Below, piece after piece: positions 34,872-43,102 of a DNA stretch of 64,000 bases (positions within the stretch are counted from its first letter, which is position 1; each line of letters opens with the position of its first letter). The stretch is from an uncultured Enteractinococcus sp. (GTDB lineage: Bacteria > Actinomycetota > Actinomycetes > Actinomycetales > Micrococcaceae): positions 5,569 through 69,568 of the forward strand of contig CAZAAP010000001.1 in NCBI GenBank assembly GCA_964482935.1, read 5' to 3'. A model generated the notes under the pieces. It was not told the origin of the DNA and searched no databases. It saw only the letters and a program-made list of their open reading frames with translations. The position numbers were made by a program, and so were the translations under genes.

Positions 34872-34967
34872 CTCGTGGTTTCCAGGCAGGAACTGCAAAC
34901 ATCAGATGGTGTTCACAAAGCCTCGTCGATCACGGAGTGGGTGAGACTCCCTCGCCTGGGCAACGAG
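34872..34967 (-). promoter_or_regulatory. Structured 5' leader of rplY (candidate autoregulatory RNA)
   Basis: Nested stems CTCGT/ACGAG, CCAGGC/GCCTGG, GGAGT/ACTCC in the transcribed strand, just downstream of a TATAGT -10. Confidence 0.5.
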
Positions 34968-34995
34968 TCACTACTATAGCACCCGGTTGGGGCTT

Positions 34996-35040
34996 TAACG
35001 AATTTGACCGCCACCGTGCTGGTAGCGGTCAAATAGTTAA
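34996..35040 (-). terminator. Terminator hairpin after prs
   Basis: ATTTGACCGC...GCGGTCAAAT stem with flanking TTAAC/GTTAA. Confidence 0.7.
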
Positions 35041-35052
35041 GGAGCGATGTCT

Positions 35053-36033
35053 TTAGGCGTTGCCATCAAACAGACTGGTGACGGACCCGTCTTCGAAGAC
35101 CTCGCGGATGGCATTGGCCAAAATAGGCGCAACCGACAGCACCGTGAGGTTGTCGAACCGCTTTTCTTCTGGAATCGGCAGCGTGTTGGTAACAACAACT
35201 TCCGAGGCTCCCGAGTTGGCCAGACGTTCTGCGGCTGGGTCGGAGAAGACGGCGTGGGTTGCCGCGATGATGACTTCTGCAGCTCCTGCGTCCTTGAGGA
35301 TCTTGACGGCCCCGGCGATAGTACCGCCGGTATCGATCATGTCGTCGATCAAGACACAAACACGACCCTTGACTTCGCCCACCACGGTCTTGGATTCGGC
35401 TTTATTCGGTTGGCTAAGGTCGCGGGATTTGTGCACGAAGGCCAGTGGTGCGCCACCGAGGCGTTCGGCCCATTGTTCGGCTACGCGCACACGTCCGGTA
35501 TCAGGTGAAACCACGGTGACATTATCGACGTCGACGCGACCGCGGATATAGTCAGCCAGAATAGGGAAAGCAAATAAGTGATCCACTGGTCCATCAAAGA
35601 ATCCCTGAATCTGCGAGGTATGCAGATCCATGGACATGATGCGATGAGCACCGGTTGCTAGGTAGAGGTCTGCGATCATACGAGCCGAGATCGGTTCGCG
35701 TCCACGGCCTTTTTTGTCCTGGCGTGCATAAGGATAAAACGGAGAAACCACGGTGATGCGACGAGCCGAAGCACGCTTCATGGCGTCACACAGCAAGAGC
35801 TGTTCCATGACCCAGTTGTTCATAGGCGCTGGGTGAGCCTGGATAATAAAGACGTCTTTGCCACGTACTGATTCGCCCGGGCGAACGTACATTTCACCGT
35901 TTGCAAAGTCATACGCATCCAACGGCAACAACTCGGTGCCCAGATGTTCGGCGATCTCTGCAGCAAGCTCCGGATGTGCGCGACCCGAGGCTAACACGAG
36001 CTTCTTGTTCTCATTGGTGACGATTTCGCTCAA
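35053..36033 (-). CDS. prs: Ribose-phosphate diphosphokinase
   Basis: FANGE, YPYARQDKK, DLHTSQIQGFF, VSPDTG, DDMIDTGGT. Confidence 0.98.
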   Translation of the reverse strand: MSEIVTNENKKLVLASGRAHPELAAEIAEHLGTELLPLDAYDFANGEMYVRPGESVRGKDVFIIQAHPAPMNNWVMEQLLLCDAMKRASARRITVVSPFYPYARQDKKGRGREPISARMIADLYLATGAHRIMSMDLHTSQIQGFFDGPVDHLFAFPILADYIRGRVDVDNVTVVSPDTGRVRVAEQWAERLGGAPLAFVHKSRDLSQPNKAESKTVVGEVKGRVCVLIDDMIDTGGTIAGAVKILKDAGAAEVIIAATHAVFSDPAAERLANSGASEVVVTNTLPIPEEKRFDNLTVLSVAPILANAIREVFEDGSVTSLFDGNA

Positions 36034-36115
36034 CCAAGTTCTCCCTAGAACGTACGGCGTGTTTGGATCTTCTTACTGTAGGCCGTCCTACAGCGCCCAA
36101 CAGTATGCTGGAAGT

Positions 36116-37570
36116 TTATGACTTGCCGCGAGCTTTTTGCGCGGCCTCGGCGGCAGCAGAGCCTGCTCGACGTTCGAGAACCCAGTCTTCAATAATACGC
36201 TGGTCCATAGCGTTCATCGACAGCGCGCCCGGTGGAACATTTTTTCGGATGACCGCGCCTGCTGCGGTGTAGGCCCCGTCGCCGACTTCTACTGGAGCCG
36301 TGAAGACCGTGTTGGAACCGGTGCGCACTTCGGCACCGATGACGGTGCGGTGTTTGTTAACTCCGTCGTAGTTCGCGGTAATATTGCCGCAACCAATATT
36401 GGAGTTTTCGCCGATATCGGCGTCGCCGGCATAGCCCAAGTGTGAAAGTTTTGCACCGCGGCCGATGTTGACGTTTTTGGTTTCGTAAAATGCACCGATC
36501 TTGCCGGTATCACCCAAGACCGTTCCGGGGCGAATGTAGGTGAATGGTCCAACGTTGGCGGCCTGACCAATGAGTGCCTGGGTGGCTTCGGTGCGACGAA
36601 CGGTGGCGTTTTCGCCGACTTGGACGTCAACCAACGTGGTATCTGGGCCAATAGTGGCACCGGTGGCAATCGTAGTGTTGCCGTGTAATTGAGTGTTGGG
36701 TTTGATGGTTACATCTTGTGCCAGTTCAACATCAACATCAATCCACGTGGTGGACGGATCGATAATCGTCACACCAGAGCGCATCCATCGGTGGGTAATT
36801 CGACGGTTGAGCTCGGCACCCAGGGTGGCCAACTGGACTCGGTCGTTGACTCCTTCAACTTCCATGACATCCTCGGTCACATAGGCTGCGACGCGACCGC
36901 CCTCTTCACGCGCCAGGCCGAGTACATCGGTGAGGTATTTTTCACCCTGGACGTTGTCCGTGGTGACTTGGTTCAGGGTACGAGCCAGCACTTCACCGTC
37001 GAAAGCGTAGATGCCGGAGTTGATCTCGGTGATGTCGACCAGTGTGGCATCACCGGTTTCCTCAGCGATTTTTAAAGCGTCTTTGTGCTCAACGATTTGA
37101 GTCACAAGCCCGTTGTCGTCACGCACGATCCGACCATATCCGGTGGCATCCGGAACATTCGCGGTCAACACGGTGACAGCGTTTCCGTCATTTTGGTGCT
37201 CTGCGACAAGTGCAGACAGTGTTCCCGGGGTCAGCAGTGGCACATCCCCGTAGGTCACAACGACAGTTCCGGTCACAGAGCCGATCGCATCTAGACCCAA
37301 TTCAACAGCGCGACCAGTCCCCGGGACCTCGTCTTGATCGGCAATGACCAGGTCGGCGTTGTGTGCCAAGAGATGCTCGACCACGCGTTCGCGTTCGTGG
37401 CGTACGACTGCGACCAGATGTTCTGGGTTAAGACTGACTGCAGCATCAAGGGCATGGCCTACGAGTGAGCGCCCACCGATTGAGTGGAGAACTTTTGGTA
37501 GAGAGGATTTCATTCGCGTGCCGGCGCCGGCGGCTAGCACGATAACTGCCGCGGGAGAAGAAGAATTCAA
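36116..37570 (-). CDS. glmU: Bifunctional UDP-GlcNAc diphosphorylase / glucosamine-1-P acetyltransferase
   Basis: LAAGAGTRMKS, YGDVP, GYGRI, EINSGIY, hexapeptide repeats, NYDGVNKH. Confidence 0.98.
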   Translation of the reverse strand: MNSSSPAAVIVLAAGAGTRMKSSLPKVLHSIGGRSLVGHALDAAVSLNPEHLVAVVRHERERVVEHLLAHNADLVIADQDEVPGTGRAVELGLDAIGSVTGTVVVTYGDVPLLTPGTLSALVAEHQNDGNAVTVLTANVPDATGYGRIVRDDNGLVTQIVEHKDALKIAEETGDATLVDITEINSGIYAFDGEVLARTLNQVTTDNVQGEKYLTDVLGLAREEGGRVAAYVTEDVMEVEGVNDRVQLATLGAELNRRITHRWMRSGVTIIDPSTTWIDVDVELAQDVTIKPNTQLHGNTTIATGATIGPDTTLVDVQVGENATVRRTEATQALIGQAANVGPFTYIRPGTVLGDTGKIGAFYETKNVNIGRGAKLSHLGYAGDADIGENSNIGCGNITANYDGVNKHRTVIGAEVRTGSNTVFTAPVEVGDGAYTAAGAVIRKNVPPGALSMNAMDQRIIEDWVLERRAGSAAAEAAQKARGKS

Positions 37571-37622
37571 GGAGATCTCACCTTTGATCGTAAGACGCTA
37601 TTTCTCAACCGCGTTGCGGCAG

Positions 37623-37694
37623 TTCCGCCCCTAGGATTCGAACCTAGACCACACAGCTCCAAAGGCTGGCGTGCTGCCATTACACCAGGGCGGA
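37623..37694 (-). tRNA. tRNA-Gln (anticodon UUG), CCA not encoded
   Basis: TCCGCCCTGGTGTAATGGCAGCACGCCAGCCTTTGGAGCTGTGTGGTCTAGGTTCGAATCCTAGGGGCGGAA; cloverleaf, TTCGAA T-loop, canonical position upstream of glmU. Confidence 0.96.
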
Positions 37695-37804
37695 TTGTTG
37701 ATTGATCATCAACACCTGAATTATTGTGCCACATTTGCCCAGAACTTTCGAATTGTCACGATTCTGGCCCAAAAATTGGGGTGGCTGCGGCACGTTTGGG
37801 CGGG

Positions 37805-38842
37805 TTACACTTCTGCTTCATCAATACCTTCTGCCTTCAATGCCTCAACCAACTGTGCTTTGCGCATGGTCGATCGTCCAGCAATGTCCAATCGTTGCGC
37901 CAACCGATACAGCTCCTCTGCCGTCAGCTCGTCAAGCGGTCTTACTGCGATCGGCTCCTGGCCTTCGTCTACCGCAGGTTGTTCAGTTGAGGTGGCGTCA
38001 CCAGTTTCCGCTATTTCATCAGCATGCTCTTCAGTTTCTCCCTCATCAGGGGCTTCTTCTGCTACAGGTTCCCCCTGGGCTACTTCACGAATCCCTTCGG
38101 CCTGCAGGGCTTCAACCAACTGTGCCTGGTCCATGGTCGCTCGTCCGACAATGTCCAATCGTTGCGCCAATGGATACAATTCATCTGCCGTTAGCTCGTC
38201 AAGCGGTCTTGCTTCACCAGCTGACTCTTCAGACTCTTCGGATTCACTCCCTGCTGGAACTTCATCTGTTACAGGTTCCCCCTGGGCTACTTCACGAATC
38301 CCTTCGGCCTGCAGGGCTTCAACCAACTGTGCCTGGTCCATGGTCGCTCGTCCGACAATGTCCAATCGTTGCGCCAATGGATACAATTCATCTGCCGTTA
38401 GCTCGTCAAGCGGTCTTGCTTCACCAGCTGACTCTTCAGACTCACCCCCGGCACGAACTTCTTCTGCTACAGGGTCTTCCGCGGCAACTTCCCTAACTGA
38501 CTCGTCAGCTTCACCCTCCGCAGGGGCTTCTTCCACAACCGACTCGTCCTTGGCTACTTCATCAGTAGACTCTCCGGATTCTTCAGCTGCATCAGCATGC
38601 GGCTCTTTAGCTTCACCCTCGGCCGGGGCTTCTCCCGCTATTGGCTCCTCCTCAGTTGTTTCTACAGCCGACCCCTCGGTTTGCTCAGCCGGCTCATCAG
38701 CTGAAGCCTCGCGGCCCTCCTCTGGGTCGGGCCGCCGACGCGTTGCATAGACGGAAAGCGCTACAGCGGCCGCGGTCAGCACAGTGCGACCGATAAGCCG
38801 TCCCAGTCGACGAATGAGGGAAGTATCTTGTGAGGAGTCCAT
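37805..38842 (-). CDS. Acidic repeat protein with N-terminal hydrophobic anchor and three Rho_N/HeH-like motifs
   Basis: LDELTA(D/E)ELY.LAQRLDI.GR.TM...QLVEAL three times; Glu/Ala-rich linkers. Confidence 0.75.
   Translation of the reverse strand: MDSSQDTSLIRRLGRLIGRTVLTAAAVALSVYATRRRPDPEEGREASADEPAEQTEGSAVETTEEEPIAGEAPAEGEAKEPHADAAEESGESTDEVAKDESVVEEAPAEGEADESVREVAAEDPVAEEVRAGGESEESAGEARPLDELTADELYPLAQRLDIVGRATMDQAQLVEALQAEGIREVAQGEPVTDEVPAGSESEESEESAGEARPLDELTADELYPLAQRLDIVGRATMDQAQLVEALQAEGIREVAQGEPVAEEAPDEGETEEHADEIAETGDATSTEQPAVDEGQEPIAVRPLDELTAEELYRLAQRLDIAGRSTMRKAQLVEALKAEGIDEAEV
38063..38443. repeat. Direct repeat, 174-bp copies identical by eye, period 207 bp, in frame
   Basis: 38063-38236 matches 38270-38443; a diverged third copy lies near 37830-37945. 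Confidence 0.9.
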
Positions 38843-39004
38843 GTTCTCTATTCTGCCCTAGTTAGACGTGTCCCAGGTATGGGTCCTGCCCGACTAGGTA
38901 CGCCGATGCTTACAGCGGATCCAAGGAACTTTCGCCGATTGAGTGATTAAGAACACTCGGCGCGAACGCAATTTTGCATCCGCGCCGAACCAGAGTCACC
39001 GTGG

Positions 39005-39532
39005 TTAGCGCTCTTCGGTGAGCTTGTTGACAATTGCCTCGTTGAAAGCCGGCAGGTCGTCCGGTGTCCGTGAGGTAATCAGGTTGCCATCCACGACGAG
39101 TTCTTCGTCGGACCAATTCGCGCCCGCGTTACGCAGATCGGTCTGCAGACTTGGGTAGCTAGTCATATTGCGGTCTTTGACCACATCAGCTTCAGCCAAC
39201 ATCCAAGCAGCGTGGCAAATAGAGGCCACAGTTTTGCCTGCGTCAAAAAATGCCTTAGTAAACTGCACAGCAGCGTTATTCATCCGCAGCTGATCAGCAT
39301 TTTTGGTTCCTCCGGGAAGGACAAGTGCATCGAAAGCGTCCGCCCTGGCATCAGTAACGCTCAGGTCGACTTTTTGAGAGTGGTCGCCACCAGATACTTG
39401 ATCGGTTTCTGGCGAGACGAGCACAGCCTCGCCGCCGTTTTCAACCACCGTATCCCATGGTGAGTACAGTTCGGATGGTTCATATCCGTTGGTGACGAGA
39501 AATGCTATGCGACGGCCTTCTAGGTCGCTCAT
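39005..39532 (-). CDS. PfpI/DJ-1 family (type 1 glutamine amidotransferase-like) protein
   Basis: GYEPSEL, LVLPGG, NADQLR, ICHAAW, LITSRTPDDLPAF. Confidence 0.93.
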   Translation of the reverse strand: MSDLEGRRIAFLVTNGYEPSELYSPWDTVVENGGEAVLVSPETDQVSGGDHSQKVDLSVTDARADAFDALVLPGGTKNADQLRMNNAAVQFTKAFFDAGKTVASICHAAWMLAEADVVKDRNMTSYPSLQTDLRNAGANWSDEELVVDGNLITSRTPDDLPAFNEAIVNKLTEER

Positions 39533-39575
39533 GAATTCACTCCTTACGATTGGGTGTCTTTTAACCGTAACGAGG

Positions 39576-40190
39576 TCAAGAAGCCTTGGAAAGGTCGTGG
39601 GGTTCGCGGAACGGGAATGTATTAATCACCCCAACCGCTTCGAGCATGGCAAAAATTGTGGTTGGACCCACGAACCGGAACCCATGGCGCTTGAGCTCTT
39701 TGGCTAAGGCGACAGATTCCGCCGATTGGCTCGGTGGGTTACCGTCGGCATCCAATTTGGGATCCTGTGCTGGCTGATAGGACCAAATGAGCTCACCCAA
39801 TCCACCGGATTCCCGGAGTCCGATTGTTGCTTGAGCATTATTAATCACTGCCAGAATTTTTTGGCGGTTGCGCACGATGCCGGCATTCCCCATCAAGCGT
39901 TCTATATCATCGTCGTCGTAACGGGCTATAGCGTCGGGATCGAAGTGATCGAAGGCTTCGCGGAAGGCAGGGCGTTTCTTCAAAATTGTTAGCCATGACA
40001 GCCCGGCTTGGAACCCTTCCAGACTGAGTCGTTCAAAAAGGCCCTGCTCGTCGCGGACTGGGTGGCCCCATTCGGTATCGAAGTAGTGTTGCAATAGAGG
40101 ATTCGAGACCGCCCACCGCGGGCGGACAATTCCTTTGTCATCAATAATGACGTTCGGATAGTCAGGATGCGGGTGGCTCAGGGTTCTCAC
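39576..40190 (-). CDS. tag: DNA-3-methyladenine glycosylase I
   Basis: YFDTEWG, LFERLSLEGFQAGLSWLTILKKR, GIVRNRQKI, GFRFVGPT; GTG start inferred. Confidence 0.93.
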   Translation of the reverse strand: MRTLSHPHPDYPNVIIDDKGIVRPRWAVSNPLLQHYFDTEWGHPVRDEQGLFERLSLEGFQAGLSWLTILKKRPAFREAFDHFDPDAIARYDDDDIERLMGNAGIVRNRQKILAVINNAQATIGLRESGGLGELIWSYQPAQDPKLDADGNPPSQSAESVALAKELKRHGFRFVGPTTIFAMLEAVGVINTFPFREPHDLSKAS

Positions 40191-40704
40191 CTCGTTCAAA
40201 GGCGAGCAGATATTTCTTCGCCCGGGGTGTCCCACTGAATTCTCCGGGGGTTCCATCTGATCTCACGACACGGTGACAAGGTTGGATAATCGGCAGTGGG
40301 TTCTTGGCGCAGGCACTGCCAACTGCACGTGCCGCACCGGGCTTTTCTAACAATGTCGCAAGTTGACCGTAGGTTCGTGTTTGCCCATAGGGAATTGTGG
40401 CCAAGGACTGCTGCACGACCGTGAGGAATCGTCCAGGGGTCGGCTGATGAACGAGCAAGTCGAAGTCTTGGCGAGTGCCAGCGAAGTATTCAGCAAATTG
40501 CGTGGCCGCGAACGATAGGGCCTGCTCATCATGCTTGATCGGTAGACCGAACTTGACTTGAAGTTGCTCTAGCACCCTGTCAAAGTTTTGGTTTTCGAAG
40601 GCCACGTGCACGATTTTCTCATCAATGGCCGCAACCAGCAGTGGCCCAATCGGCGACTGCACGAGGGCGTATCGAATTGTTGTTGTTTGGGCAGTTTCAG
40701 ACAT
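40162..40704 (-). CDS. ogt: Methylated-DNA-[protein]-cysteine S-methyltransferase
   Basis: IPYGQTRTYG, ARAVGSAC, PCHRV. Confidence 0.94.
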   Translation of the reverse strand: MSETAQTTTIRYALVQSPIGPLLVAAIDEKIVHVAFENQNFDRVLEQLQVKFGLPIKHDEQALSFAATQFAEYFAGTRQDFDLLVHQPTPGRFLTVVQQSLATIPYGQTRTYGQLATLLEKPGAARAVGSACAKNPLPIIQPCHRVVRSDGTPGEFSGTPRAKKYLLAFERGENPEPPAS

Positions 40705-40803
40705 AGCGTGTCACCTCATTTGAATGCTGTTAACGATTATGCCCCCAATCGGTCCGGAGAGGGGAACCACTCTGGTTCATTGTGGATAACGAGTCTGCGA
40801 GGT

Positions 40804-40862
40804 TTGACATTTACATGAGAGCGGGATCATACTTACTTAAAGTCAAAATGACTTTAAGTAAG
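40804..40862 (+). promoter_or_regulatory. SigA-like promoter with overlapping NrtR operator
   Basis: TTGACA 40804, 18-nt spacer, CATACT 40828; palindrome CTTACTTAAAGTCA-aaa-TGACTTTAAGTAAG (GT-N7-AC core) 40832-40862. Confidence 0.85.
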
Positions 40863-40900
40863 ACGGGTGAAGGCTTCAATGATCAGACAGGGGTAGTTGT

Positions 40901-41761
40901 GTGGTGAACTTTTCCGCGCCGAGCGCGTCTGAACGTCGTTTTATGCCACCGGCTGTCGCGGTCTCCACGGTCGCCTTTGCACTGCACCCACCCATTGACG
41001 CCAACATTGCTGATCCAAGTTCCGGCGAAGTTCTTTCCACATGGGGTGATTACGCCGGACGGGAGGGTTCCCGCGAAGAAAACCTCACCACGCTATGGAT
41101 CCCGCTGGTGCGGCGCACCCGGCCGCCGTTTACTGGGTGTTGGGCGCTTCCAGGTGGTCCCATTCCGTGGGATGAAGATCTCGACCAAACTGCCGCTCGC
41201 ACCTTGTATGAAGCGGTGCTGCGCTCCCCCGGTTATCTTGAACAGCTCTATACCTTTGGTGCCACCACTCGTTCAGCAACGGCCCAGCGCCTAGTCACGG
41301 TCGCATACTGGGGGCTTTATGGAGAACTTGATCTGACCATTACTCCTACCACTGAACCGTCCCGAGATGTCGCGGGCGACGTCGCCTCGGCTACACAAGA
41401 TGCCGTCACAGAATTTTCCCATGCCCTGGTGGCCTCAGCGGATGCCAACGTGGCCTGGTTTTCCATTGATCGGTTACCCCAGCTGGCGTTTGATCACGCT
41501 GACATTATTGACTACGCCGTGTGGCGGCTACGCCAGCGCACCGAATACTCTACGGTCGCCCACCGGTTCTTGGGCGAAGAGTTCACGCTGGCTCAGATGC
41601 GTCGTGTGCACGAAGCCATTTTGGGGGAACAGATTGACCCGGCGAATTTCCGTCGCGACATGCTAGCTCAGGGCTGGCTCATGGATACCGGCCGCGTTGA
41701 ACAGGGTACTCCGCATCGACCAGCCCGGCTGTATCGATTCAAAGACCAACCACAACAGTAA
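40901..41761 (+). CDS. nrtR: Nudix-related transcriptional regulator
   Basis: WALPGG, YLEQLYTFG, LAFDH, FTLAQMRRVHEAILG..DPANFRR, HRPARLY; heads the nad operon. Confidence 0.92.
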   Translation: MVNFSAPSASERRFMPPAVAVSTVAFALHPPIDANIADPSSGEVLSTWGDYAGREGSREENLTTLWIPLVRRTRPPFTGCWALPGGPIPWDEDLDQTAARTLYEAVLRSPGYLEQLYTFGATTRSATAQRLVTVAYWGLYGELDLTITPTTEPSRDVAGDVASATQDAVTEFSHALVASADANVAWFSIDRLPQLAFDHADIIDYAVWRLRQRTEYSTVAHRFLGEEFTLAQMRRVHEAILGEQIDPANFRRDMLAQGWLMDTGRVEQGTPHRPARLYRFKDQPQQ

Positions 41762-41788
41762 TAACGAGCGTATTTTATAAGGAGTTCT

Positions 41789-43102
41789 ATGACGAGCGTA
41801 GCGAATCTTATTGCTTCGGCCGCCAGCGCTGAGCAGGGTGGTCGCACCGTGCTCGGTGACACCATTGCTTTCGGAGTGCCGGATGGCGTGACCACTACGT
41901 GTGATAGTGAATTGACCACCGATCCGTGGCAGATTGACCGTAATCTTGGATATGGGCCTGGTGCTTCAACCGACGACCTTGCACCGGTCACTACCCCGCA
42001 GCAAGGCCCGATCCCTGCCGAATACACCGAAGCGTCAGAAGCTCAGCTTGATACCCGGATCATGGCTGCTAAAGCGCAGCTTGGCGATCGTCTGAAGATT
42101 CTGGGCCATTTCTACCAGCGTGATGAGATCATTAAACATGCCGATTTCGTAGGCGACTCGTTCATGCTGGCCCAAGCCGCGAAGGATCACCCGGAAGCAG
42201 AGGCATTTGTATTCTGTGGGGTCCACTTCATGGCTGAGACCGCCGATATTCTTTCCCAGGATAACCAGTCGGTCATTCTGCCTAACCTTGCAGCCGGGTG
42301 TTCAATGGCCGATATGGCCACGATCGATCAGGTCGAACACGCCTGGGAGCAGCTCACCGCCGTCCTGGGTTCTTCCAAGGACGATAAAGCAGAGATTATT
42401 CCGGTGACCTATATGAATTCCTCGGCTGCAATTAAAGCGTTTTGTGGTCGTCACGGTGGCATCGTGTGCACTTCATCGAATGCCGCCACCGTGCTGGAGT
42501 GGGCATTTGAGCGCGGCAAGCGCGTCATCTTCTTCCCCGATCAACACCTGGGTCGCAATACCGCCAAGGCCATGGGGATACCCACAGAACAGATGCCGCT
42601 ATGGCGTCCCTACCTCCCGCTGGGTGGCAATACCGAACAGCAGTTGGACAAGGCCAGGGTCATTTTATGGAATGGATTCTGCTCGGTGCATAAGCGCTTT
42701 ACCGTCGCGCAAATAGAGAAGGCACGCGCTGACTATGACGACGTGCGGGTCATCGTCCACCCAGAATGCCCGGCCCCGGTGGTCGAAGCTGCCGATGGCG
42801 TGGGCTCAACCGAGTACATTCGCAAAGCCATCGCAGCCGGGAATCCCGGTGACGTTTTTGCGGTGGGCACCGAAATCAACTTGGTCAACCGGCTCCAAGC
42901 CCAGCACCCAGAGATGACCATTTTCTGTTTGGACCCGGTGGTGTGTCCGTGCTCAACCATGTACCGTATCCATCCGGCCTATCTCGCCTGGGTATTGGAA
43001 GCGTTGGTTGAGGGCAACGTCCAGAATCAAATTTCCGTTGAACCGAGGGTGGCTACTGACGCCGAAATCGCCCTGGAACGTATGTTGGCGGCCCGGCCGT
43101 GA
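41789..43102 (+). CDS. nadA: Quinolinate synthase
   Basis: GHFYQR, FCGVHFMAET, AGCSMADMA, YMNSSA, VHPEC, CPCSTM. Confidence 0.97.
   Translation: MTSVANLIASAASAEQGGRTVLGDTIAFGVPDGVTTTCDSELTTDPWQIDRNLGYGPGASTDDLAPVTTPQQGPIPAEYTEASEAQLDTRIMAAKAQLGDRLKILGHFYQRDEIIKHADFVGDSFMLAQAAKDHPEAEAFVFCGVHFMAETADILSQDNQSVILPNLAAGCSMADMATIDQVEHAWEQLTAVLGSSKDDKAEIIPVTYMNSSAAIKAFCGRHGGIVCTSSNAATVLEWAFERGKRVIFFPDQHLGRNTAKAMGIPTEQMPLWRPYLPLGGNTEQQLDKARVILWNGFCSVHKRFTVAQIEKARADYDDVRVIVHPECPAPVVEAADGVGSTEYIRKAIAAGNPGDVFAVGTEINLVNRLQAQHPEMTIFCLDPVVCPCSTMYRIHPAYLAWVLEALVEGNVQNQISVEPRVATDAEIALERMLAARP

Noticed and set aside
37623-37800. tRNA-Gln as attachment site of an integrated element
   Set aside because: No integrase, no duplicated tRNA 3' end seen, and glmU follows the tRNA directly
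38063-38443. Direct repeats as a CRISPR array or IS ends
   Set aside because: Only two long in-frame copies inside a CDS; no spacers, cas genes or transposase
37671-38750. 359-aa Ser-rich and 256-aa plus-strand ORFs
   Set aside because: Antisense mirrors of the Glu/Ala-rich repeat gene; the longer one also overlaps the tRNA
40901-41761. Degenerate Nudix box as a novel pseudoenzyme
   Set aside because: Normal for NrtR regulators
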